The translations under genes and the position numbers were made by a program. Shown one piece after another: positions 1-12,000 of a DNA stretch of 64,000 bases. The DNA comes from Harriotta raleighana (Eukaryota), in NCBI GenBank assembly GCA_050575255.1, contig JBNZDD010013678.1, positions 4,622,753-4,686,752 of the forward strand. The letters run 5' to 3'. The first letter of the stretch is position 1, and each line of letters opens with the position of its first letter. The notes under the pieces were generated by a model. That model was not told the DNA's origin. It did not search any database and saw nothing but the letters and a program-made list of their open reading frames with translations.

Positions 1-67
1 ACCTTCCTTCTAAGAACAGTAACAGGTTTGACTTCTTCAACCACTGGTTTCTTAGGAACCTCCAGCA
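1..67 (-). CDS. TTN: PEVK exon, type B, truncated by window edge
   Basis: Acceptor TTAAAG, then (V)LEVPKKPVVEEVKPVTVLRRKV; paralogous to 1588-1671. Confidence 0.8.
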
Positions 68-3000
68 CTTTAAAGAATAGCGTTGTTTAAGAAAGGATTC
101 GCATAAGACATGTAAACCACAAAAACCAAGACAACAAGAAACATAACAGGAAAGCTTGTCAACATAAAGTGTTGTTACCCTGGACATGCTCTGGAAGTAA
201 TAGGGACTTTTTGCCTTGATAAGTTAGAAANCAGGGACTTTTTGCTTTGATAAGTTAGAAATTTGACTATAAATTACTCTACACTGCTGGCAATCGGGGC
301 TTCAGTGTTTCAGTGTTTCCTATGCTTTGCAATTCCATCCCGGAATCCCTCCCATTTACCCCTCCTTTGCCTACTTCAAGACCTGACCGAAGACCTTTTC
401 CTTTGACTGTGCATTTGGTCACCCACCCAACCCCNTAGGGACTTTTTGCCTTGATAAGTTAGAAATGTGACTATAAATTACTCTACACTGCTGGCAATCA
501 GGGCTTCAGTGTTTCTGCCCCTATGCTTTGCAATTCCATCCCGGAATCCCTCCCATTCACCCCTCCTTTGCCTACTTCAAGACCCGACCGAAGACCTTTT
601 CCTTTGACTGTGCATTTGGTCACCCACCCAACCCCTTGCCCTGCACTGTTGATTCCATCCACCAGCTGGAATACAAACACTTGACTGTCTAGCACCTTGG
701 AGCATCCATCTGAATTAAAAGGCACATTATAAATTTATTTTGATGTTTGTTTAATACGACATTAAATAATGCAGTGAGCCAACTGCAATCATTGGCAAAG
801 TCACCAATTGAGAATTATGAATTGGGTCTAACCTGACACCATATCAATATGTAAATATCCTGGTTGATATAGATTAATGTAACCAACTCCATCGGTGATA
901 AAGTCACCAATTTAAAGGGGTTTAGAAAATCACCACTCAATAAATTGACTACAAAATGTGTTGCACCAACATGACAGTAGTTAACTGAAATATATTAAAC
1001 TGTATGTTACAGTTACTGCATATGACAGCATGAAAGATATTCACAGACGTAAAACACAAACACATGGATGTCACAACATTGTAACAGAATAGAACTTGGA
1101 TGACTAAATATGGTGATGATTTATTCCACCACAACAAGAAGAATCAAAAGCAATATCTGGACAGTGATTGAGAAATGCCTGAAAAATGTAGACACTATTT
1201 TCATTCAAATGATGGAAACAGACAGCCAAACTGAGTATGAATGAAGATGTCATAAAATCTCTCTCTAGTGCTGTACCTTCAGTTGGAGGAATCTCCTTCC
1301 TCCTTGGAACAGTAACAGGTTTCATTTCTTCAACTACTGTCCTCTTAGGAGCCTCTGGCACTTTTAAGAATATTAGCATTTTAGGAAATGATTTATTCAA
1401 GAAAATACATATAACATTTAACACGTTAACGTCACAGACGAGACCAACTGACGCCAGACGAAGAACCAGAAGCTAGGGCTGGACAGAGTTTGTGAGACGA
1501 CAATGAAACATAGACACAGTTTTCAATCAATGATGCGTATGTGCAGCCACACTGTAAATATTTTAAAGTGTCCCATTGGTTTTGTACCTTCTATTGGAGG
1601 AGACACCTTCCTTCTAAGAACAGTAACAGGTTTGCCTTCTTCAGCCACCGGCTTCTTAGGAACCTCCAGCACTTTAAAGAATAGCGTTGTTTAAGAAATG
1701 ATTTGCTTAAGAATACACATAACATTGAAGGCACGTAAACCAAGATAACAAAGAAACATCACAGGAAAACGTACTCAAAATGACATATTGATGGTACGTG
1801 AAATGCATGAGTGAATCAAAAGTAAAATGACTTGTCAACATAGTGTTGTTATCCTGGACAGGATTGCCTCCTTCTGGAAATAACAGGGACTTTTTGCCTT
1901 CATAAGTTAGAAATGTGACTACAAATTACTCTACTTTACACAAATGCCAGTCAGGCCATCAGCGTTTCTGCCTCTACACTTGGAATTCCATCCCCAAATC
2001 CCTCCAGCTCGGCCCCTCATTTGCCTCCTTCAAGCCCTTTCTCTTTCACTATGCTTTTGGCCACCCACCCAAGGCCCTTGCCCACCACCCCCTATTGATT
2101 ATATGCCCCAGCTGGGACGCAAACCCTTGACTGTCTAGTGCTTTGGGACATCCACCTGAATTGAAAAGCACATTATAAATGTAATTTGCTGTTTGTTTAA
2201 TATTACATTAAACGAATAATGCAGTGAGCCAACTACAATCATTGGCAAAGTCACCAACTGAGATTTGTGCATGTTAAGGATCCGGGCCTGCTCTAACCTG
2301 ATACAATATCAATCTGTAAATTTCCGAGTCGATGGAGAGTAACGTAAACAACTCCATTGGTGATAAATTCACCAATTTATAAGTGTTCAGAAAATCACTC
2401 TCAATAAATTGACCAAGAAATATGTTGCACCAATGTGACAGTAATTAACTGAAATATACTAAACATTGCCCCTGATTATTACAGTTACTACATATGCCAT
2501 CGCCTTGGACGTCCTCCTGACGAGAAAGGCGCTCTATGAATGTAGTTTTATTGTTATTGTCGTTGTGAAAGATATTCAAAGACGTAAAACACAAACAAAG
2601 AATATTACAACACTGTAACAGAATAGAACATGGGTGACTGAATATGGTGATGATTAATTCCATAACAGGAACCAGAATCAATATGGGGACAGTGATTGAA
2701 AAATGGCTGAAAAATGTAGACACAAATTTCAGTCAAAAGATGAAAACAGACAGCCAAACTGAATATGAATGAAGATGTCATAAAATCTCTCTCTAGTGTT
2801 ATACCTTCAGTTGGAGGAATTTCCTTCCTTCTTGGAACAGGTTTCACTTCTTCAAGTACTGTCTTCTTAGGAACCTCTGGCACTTTTAAGAATATTAGCA
2901 TTTTAGGAAATGATTCATTCAAGAAAATACAAAGAACATTTAACACACTAACTTCACAGACAAGACCAACCAGACGAAGAACCAGAAACTGAGTCAAGAC

Positions 3001-6000
3001 AGAGTTTGTAAGACGACAATGAAACATAGACACAGTTTTTAATCTAAAGATGCGTTATTTTCAGCCACACTAAAAATATTATAACGTGTCCCATTGTTTT
3101 TGTACCTTCTATTGGAGGAGACACCTTCCTTCTAAGAACAGTAACAGGTTTGATTTCTTCAGCCATCGACTTCTTAGGAACCTCCAGCACTTTAAAGAAT
3201 AGCGTTGTTTAAGAAACGATTCGCTTAAGAATACACATAACATTGAAGGCACGTAAGCCAAGATAACAAAGAAATATCTAAGGGAAACTTACTCAAGACA
3301 ACATATTGATGGTACATGAAATGCATGAGTGAATCAAAAGTAAAATGTCAACATAGTGTTGTTATCCTGAACAATATTACCTCCTTCTGGAAATAACAGG
3401 GACTTTTTGCCTTCATAAGTTAGAAATGTGACTACAAATTACTCCACTTTACACAACTGCCAGTCAGGCCATCAGCGTTTCTGCCTCTACCCTTGGAATT
3501 CCATCCCCAAATCCCTCCATCTCGGCCCCTCATTTGCCTCCTTCAAGCCCTGACTCAAGTCCTTTCTCTTTCACTATGCCTTTGGCCACCAATCCAAGGC
3601 CCTTGCCCTCCACTGCCTGTTGCCTTGGACGTCCTCCTGATGAGAAAGGCGCTCTATAAATGTGGTTTTACTCTATAAATGTGTCGTTGTGAAAGATATT
3701 CACAGACATAAAACACAAACAAAAGGGTATCAAAACACTATAACAGAATAGAACAGGGGTGACTGAATATGGTGATTATTAATTCCATAACAACAGGAAC
3801 CAGAATCAATATGGGGACAGTGATTGAGAAATGGCTGAAAAATGTAGACACAAATTTCAGTCAAATGATGGAAACAGGCAGCCAAACTGAGTATGAATGA
3901 AAATGTCATAAAATCTCTCTCTAGTGCTGTACCTTCAGTTGGAGGAATCTCCTTCCTTCTTGGAACAGTAACAGGTTTCACTTCTTCAACTACTGTCCTC
4001 TTAGGAACCTCTGGCACTTTTAAGAATATTAGCATTTTAGGAAATGATTCATTCAAGAAAATACAAAGAACATTTAACACACTAACGTCACAGACAAGAC
4101 CAACTGATGCCAAACGAAGAACCAGAAGCTGAGTCTGGACAGAGTTTGTAAGACGAAAATGAAACATAGACACAGTTTTTAATCTAAAGATGCGTTATTT
4201 TCAGCCACACTAAAATATTATAAAATGTCCCATTGTTTTTATACCTTCTATTGGAGGAGACACCTTCCTTCTAAGAACAGTAACAGGTTTGACTTCTTCG
4301 GCCATCGGCTTCTTAGGAACCTCCAGCACTTTAAAGAATAGCGTTGTTTAAGAAACGATTCGCTTAAGAATACACATAACATTGAAGGCACGTAAACCAA
4401 GATAACAAGTAACATCACAGGAAAACGTACAAAAAACTACATATTGATGGTACATGCATGAGTGAATCAAAAGTAAAATTACTTGTCAACATAAAGTGTC
4501 ATTACCCTGGACAAGTTCTGGAATTAACAGAGACTCTTTGCTTGATAAGTTAGAAATGTGACTACAAATTACTCTGCTTTATACCACTAGCAATTGGGCC
4601 TTCAGCGTTTCTGCCCCTACACTTAGAATTCCATCTCAAAATCGCTTCATCTCACTCCATCTCGTTTGCCTCCTTCAAGCCCACCTAAAGACCTTTCTCT
4701 TTCACTTTGCCTTTGGCAATGTGCTTGCCCTCCACCCCCTATTGATTCCACNCAGCCACTCAATGTGCTTGCCCTCCACCCCCTATTGATTCCACCCCGT
4801 AGCTGGGATGCAAACCCTTGATTGTCCAGCGCCTTGGGGCGTTCATCTGAATTGAAGGGCAGTTTATAAATGTAATTTGTTGTTTGTTTATTATGATATT
4901 GAAAGAATAATGCAGTGAGCCAATTATAAACACTGGCAAAGTCACCAACAATAACAACAACAAAAATTATGCTTGTATAGTGCCTTTCATGTCAGGAGGA
5001 TGTCCCCCACTGATATTTATGAATGTTAAGGGTCCAATCCTGCTCTCAGCTGAAACTATATCAATCTGGAGGACATAGAGTAAGGTAACCAACCCCATTG
5101 GTGATAAAGTCACCAATTTAAAGGGGTTCAGAAAATCACTCTCAATAAATTAACCAAGAAATGTATTGCACAATGTGAACAGTAGTTAACTGAAATATAC
5201 TAAAAGTTTCCCCTGTGTGTTGCAGTTACTGCATATGACAGCATGAAAGATATTCACAGATGTAAAACACACACACATGGGTATCATAACACTGCAACAG
5301 AATAGAACATGGATGACTGAATATGCTGATGATTAATTCCAAAACAACAACAGGAACCAGAATCAATATCTGGACATTGATTGAGAAATGGCTGAAACAT
5401 GTAGACACTAATTTCAGTCAAATGATGGAAACAGACAGCCAAACTGAGTATGAATGAAGATGTCATAAAATCTCTCTCTAGTGTTATACCTTCAGTTGGA
5501 GGAATCTCCTTCCTCCTAGGAACAGTAACAGGTTCCATTTCTTCAACTACTGTCCTCGTAGGGGCCTCTGGCACTTTTAAGAATATTAGCATTTTAGGAA
5601 ATGATTCATTCAAGAAAATACAAAGAACATTTAACACACTAACTTCACAGACAAGACCAACTGATGCCAGATGAAGAACCAGAAGCTGAGTCTGGACAGA
5701 GTTTGTGAGACGACAATGAAACATAGACACAGTTTTCAATCTAATGAGGCATATGTGCAGTCACACTGAAAATACTACAAAGTGTCCTATTGTATTTGTA
5801 CCTTCTATTGGAGGAGACACCTTCCTTCTAAGAACAGTAACAGGTTGGACTTCTTCAGCCACCGGCTTCTTAGGAACCTCTAGCACTTTAAAGAATAGTG
5901 TTGTTTAAGAAACGATTCGCATAAGAATACACATAACATTGAAGACACATAAACAACAAACATCACAGGAAAACGTACTCAATACGATACATTGATGGTA

Positions 6001-9000
6001 CGTGAAATGCATGAGTGAATCAAATGTAACATCACTTGTGTTGTTACCTGGACAGGTTCTGAAATTAACAGGGATGTTTTGCCTTGTTAAGTTAGAAATG
6101 TGACTACAAATAACTACTTTATACCACTGGCGGTCGGGCCTTCAGTGTTTCTGCCCCTACCCTTTGGAATTCTATCCTGGAATCGCTCTGCCTCGCCCCC
6201 TACCTTGCCTCCTTCAAGACCCGACTCAAGACCTTTCTCTTTGACTGTGCCTTTGGCCACCCACCCAATCCCCTTGCCCTGCACTCCTGTTGATTCCACC
6301 CCCCACCTGGGATGCAATCCCTTAACTGTCTAGGGCTTTGGGGTGTCCATCCGAATTGAAAGGCACTTTATAAATGTAATTTGCTGTTTGTTTAATATTA
6401 CATTAAAATAATAATGCAGTGAGCTAACTACAATCAAATTAGATTTGTGAATGTTACAGGTCCAATCCTGCTCCCAGCTGACACCATATCAAAGTATAAA
6501 TTTCCTGATTGAAGAAAAGTAAAATCACTCTCAATAAATTGACTAAGAAATGTGTTGCACCAATGTGACAGTAGTTAACTGAAAAATACTAAACACTGCC
6601 CCTGTATGTTGCAGTTACTACATATGACAGCATGAAAGATACACACAGACACACAGACATAAAACATACAGGTATCACAACACTGTAACAGAATAGAACA
6701 TGAATGACTGAATATGGTGATGATTAATTCCACCACAACAAGATGAACCAGAATTGGAATCTGGACAATAATTGAGAAAAGGTTGAAAAATATAGACAGA
6801 ATTTTCAGTCAAATTATGGAAACAGACAGTCAAACTGAGTATGAATGAAGGTGTCATAAAATCTCTCTCTCGTGCTGTACCTTCAGCTAGAGGAATCTCC
6901 TTCCTTCTTGGAACAGTAACAGATTTCACTTCTTCAGTTACTCGCTTCTTAGGAATTTCTTGCACTTCAAAGAATATTTTTATTGTAAGAAAATGTTGAC
7001 TCAAGAAAATATATATAACTTTGAGAATTGATAAATTATCAGTCAGAACTCAAAGTAACAATGAAGACACATATAAGACATGACTGAACAAAGACAACAA
7101 ATATTTCTAAACATGAAATGAAAGCAGAAAACTGTTTTGCCAATAGTTGGAAATAAGTTATATTCAATGGTAGAATGTCAATTTGACTAGGAAATATTTT
7201 CAATGTACTATATTGTACTTTAATTTCTATTTTCTTCACAAATAATCATCACATTTTTGATTCGTCAATTTGTATTACTGATAACACTTATTTGGATTTT
7301 TATATTGAACTATATATATATATATATATAGAATCAGTGATTGGATGTTTCATGCTTACAATGGGAGTTTATTATGGGATTATTCTCTTCTCAGCCGCAA
7401 TGATTAGTCAATAGATTTACACAGTAAATGTACCGACTGGTGGGCAACCCTATCTTATAAAATCATTGCTTTTATTGATGTGCAGAAAATTACATCCCAT
7501 TAATTGACAGAGAGGATGCACTGCCCTAAATAGACAAATGGAAAAACATATTGTCCATTTTTCCTACATGTTGCACCTGTTAATTGTGACAATAATAAAA
7601 ATATTACTTGCATTTGATATAGCCTTCTAGACATCTCAAAGTGTTTCACAGAATGTACAGTAAAGTGAATTGACTGTATATTTGTGTGGGTGAATTTCTC
7701 ACAGCCAATTGCACAGTAATTGCACACAGCAGTGTCCCACAAACAGGCATGGATTGAAGTGACAAATTTCTTATTGTTTGTTTTTCAGGGATTATTATCA
7801 GTCATGTGGAGTAAGGAAACTTGGCCAAGGGTTCGCCCTGCTGGGAATCAAACCCAGGTCTCTTGAGTGACGAGTGCTCTAACCACTGACCTATGGATCT
7901 CCTCTGAAGACAATGTGAACAAGACACACAGTAAAACATAAATTTGAAACATCACAACAGAACTTTGATGAATACACACAATTGTGTTCAATTTCACCAA
8001 AACAAGAAGTACCAGAAGCTGAGTCTGGACAGTCTTTAAGAAACGATTGTGAAATGTAGTCACAGTTTTCATACCAATGATGGGAACGTGTAGCCAGACT
8101 GACTAAAGATTTTATAAAAACTCTTATTTTTGTACCTTCAATGGGAGGAGCCTCCACCCTTCTAGAAACAGCAACAGGTTTGACTTCTTCAGCCACCGGT
8201 TTCTTAGGAACCTCCAGCACTTTAAAGAATATTTGCGATTTAGCGAATAATTCTCTCAAGAAAATACACAGTACGTGGAATACAGAAGACAAGTGACTCC
8301 AAAGCACGTGAATATGACAGACAAATCCAGTCATAACAGTACATATTGAACATGACAACATTTAAAACAGAACATACCAATGAATAAATATAATAAGAAG
8401 AATAATAAGAAAGAACATAAAGAGAAGGTGGATAGAGTTGGAGAGAAGAGTGTGAAATATAGAACACAGTTTTCATTCTCATGGTGGGAACAGACAAGTA
8501 CATTGGTGAAGAACTCAGGCTTTATAAAATCTTTCTCTCTAGTTTTGTACCTTCAGTTGGAGGGGGCAACTTTCTTCTTGGAAGAGTAACTGGTTTGACT
8601 TCTTCAGCCACTGGCTTCTTAGGAACCTCTGGCACTTTAAAGAATATTATTGTTTCAATCGTTCAAGAAGAACATGTAATTTAGACAAATAAAGACCACA
8701 CAAAACACATACACAACAAATGAAACAAACAAGGGAACTACTAATTCCAAAGGTTAAGAACTCATGTGAATAATGTTAAGATATGTTTAAATGTAAATGT
8801 TTACCCTCAATCTGCATTGATCTTTGAATTATATATTTTTTTAAATCCTAAATGTTTCACTCAATATGTTGCAGGATCTAGTTTGCCCGAATTTTTAATA
8901 AAAAGTCCTGGTGATTTTCCAATGAAATAAACGTAATCACAGAGGTCATAAGCAACAGTCTTTGCTCTTTGCTCATCCACCACCACTCCCCTATGTTCTG

Positions 9001-12000
9001 CTATAGGTGACTGAGCTATATGTCATGTCTTCTAGAACTTCTTTTAATTTCTTCTTGACCTTTCCTCTCTTGTGCATGAAATCCCTCAATTATTGATCAA
9101 CATCAATCATTCTTTCCCTCTGCTTAGTGCTCTCTATCAAAGCTGTAAAGCTAGTCACGCTCTATGAAAGGTATGATTGCATAAGTAAAAGTTTTTAAGG
9201 ATAATTATCATTTCAATGATCATTTTCTAATTAAATTTGGCCAGGTCACCATGGGTGCTCTTTGATGTTTGTGCTCAATATTTGAAAGAGTTTTTCTTTC
9301 AATGTCAAACATACTGTGACATCAACACCGACAGACACATGTAATTTACAGCATAAACTCACAATACTATTACTGCACAAATGTATGAAACAGATATAAA
9401 GAGGCAAGCAAATAAGAATAGTATTGGATAAATATGCATCTTCTATACCTATTTCTGGTGCAGGCTCCTCTTTCCTTGAAACAATAACTGGCTTCACTTC
9501 CTCAGCCACAGGCTTCTTATGAATCTTGGGCACTTTAAGGAATATTAGAGTTTTATGAGAAAATTTACTCGAAGAAAATGTACATAAACATAAGCAACGA
9601 AACAATATAACACACACATGACAGAACATATTAATTCTACAAACAATTACATTTCTAAAATCCAATCAATGTACATGTATTGCCTTTGGGTAACTGAGTA
9701 TTAACTGATGATGATAATAATGATTACTATAATAGTAGGATGGTTTCTGAACTTATAATATTACATTGCTAAAATACTAAGCATTAGGGTGTTCAAAAAT
9801 AATCCATTTTCTTAATTCTGCAAATGCAATGATCTGTATTGGCATATAATTACCAAATTAGCAAAATACACCCATAAATCACTGACACTAAATGGTATCC
9901 TGTTCAAGTAATGTGGCTTCTAATATCTAGTTAAATGTAAATAGTTCCGATCAATTTGCAGTGATCTGTTAATTACAAAAACACTAATTGTTTTATTCAA
10001 CATGTTTCAGTGGTGGTGATGTTATGACAGGATAATGACCTGGTAGAATGCAAACACAACACATAGATTTTCAACACTTTTAACACACCATCCATACATT
10101 CGGGACACAAAGGTGTACAGTACATATTGCATCTGCAATAACAAGCAAGGCTTCAATCGAGATTTCAAGAGCTACCCGGACCAAAGGCATTCCACGCAAA
10201 TAAAGTCTGCAAAAATGCCCTTTGTAGATGTGTACCTGGAGTGATCTCTTCTTTTTGTTGAACAGTAACTGGCTTCACCTTTTCAGGAACTGGCTTCTTG
10301 GGAACTTCTGGCACTTTAAAGAATATGATTATTTTAAAACCAAATCAATTCAAGAATGAGTTTGTGTTGCTCAAGATTTGAAGAGGAAACACATACGACA
10401 ATGTGAAACGTACACAACAAATTGAATGAATAAAAGACAACATTTCCTCTGAAAAAGAATTATAAACTGAAAACCCAATGTAATATAGTGATATATATGA
10501 TAGGGGCTATTCTGGATGCTTGTTTTATCAAATGGCTTTTTCCTTTTATGCTTTCATTTTCTTTTATGTGTTGATGAGTGATTGAAAATTCAAGCAGCAT
10601 TTGGTAGTAACAGAAGATAACAATAAGAATATAATAAAAATCAAAGTAAGATCCTTCTCTAACCAATGTTGCAGTTACAAAACACAAAATACTACAAATG
10701 CTGGGAATCTGAAACAAACACAGAAGTTGCTGGGGAAACTCAGTAGGTCAGGCAGCATCCATGGAAAAAGGAATGTGAATCAATGTTTCCGGTCCACGAC
10801 CTTTCGGCTGAACTAAGGAATATTGGACCCGAAACGTTGACTCACTTTCCTTTCTCCATGGATGCTGCCTGACCTGCTGAGTTTCCCCAGCAACTTCTGT
10901 GTGTGTTTCAACAAATTGCAGTTAGTTATGTTTCCCATTAATTGTTATAATAACTTTCACTTTCCTCAATACAAACATCCAAGATAATAACTAATTAAAA
11001 TATTCATTTTACTCGCAGCAAACTGCATTCCATGTAGTTCCCAAGTCCAGCAAAGATCACACTCTAGTCTAATCAATATTGTTCATGTCTTGCAATCATA
11101 CACATTTTTCATGTATGTTAGAACTGTTGTTAAAATACATGCAACTTTTACATGGCTGTAAAGATTAACTAAAATAGTCTTCACATTCGATCTAATTAAT
11201 GCCTTTGCCACAAGCAGGGGCATCTTAAAACGCTTCATAGATTTTACTGCAATTTATACAACAATGTCCCCACAAATGGTCCTGAAGTGAATATCTGGGG
11301 ACTGTTAGCAGGAGACTGGGAGCAACTTCTGTCATGATGTTAGAACATCGGAACACAGAGGCAGACACAGACAAACAATTAAACAGAAGAATTACGTTAG
11401 AACAAGAGCCACCAGAAGAAAGGTTCTGATGAGGATTCAGGACAAAACCATGACGGGTAACAATAATGATAGCAATGGTTAAAATCGAGAAGCAATTCCA
11501 CACAAGAATTAGGCTTTGCTATTAAAAGCCCTTCTTTACCTTTAGTTGGCATAATCTCTTCTTTGGGTGGAACAGCTGTTGGTTTGACCTCTTCAGTCAC
11601 TGGCCTCTTAGGAACCTCTGGCACTTCAAAGAACATCATTGATTTAAGAAAAGATTCACACAAGAATACGCGTGGAACACTGATGATTCTAACCACAGAT
11701 CAACATGACATGAAACACATGAGAGACAAAACAGATAACATTTTCTCTCATTTGGAACAAACACAATCGTTCGATCAAAGGGACAATTTACAAACATCTT
11801 AAATATCCAGGTGTACAGAGAAAGTACACCTTTCTCTGTCTTGTTTTTCCAAATCAAGACACGAGTTAAATTTTTTTTTAAAAGTTCAAACTTATGAGCT
11901 TGATACTTTCTCTGAGGAAAGAAAAATCCATTGACCATCTTTTCTCTGATAAAGCTTTACAACATTGAATGAAACATTTTCGGTAGTTATTGAATAAAAA

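Larger units (their letters stand above)
1..6964. repeat. Tandem array of about 5 units (1.1-1.6 kb), each with PEVK exons A and B, their introns and an L2 3' fragment
   Basis: Introns alignable by eye. A exons start at 1277, 2805, 3933, 5490, 6881; B exons at <1, 1588, 3106, 4245, 5802. Confidence 0.93.

Noticed and set aside
200-640. Short tandem duplications around N at 231 and 435 (similar at 4752, 13477, 17168, 18701)
   Set aside because: Each near-identical pair is split by a single N, typical of unmerged overlapping contig ends or haplotypes.
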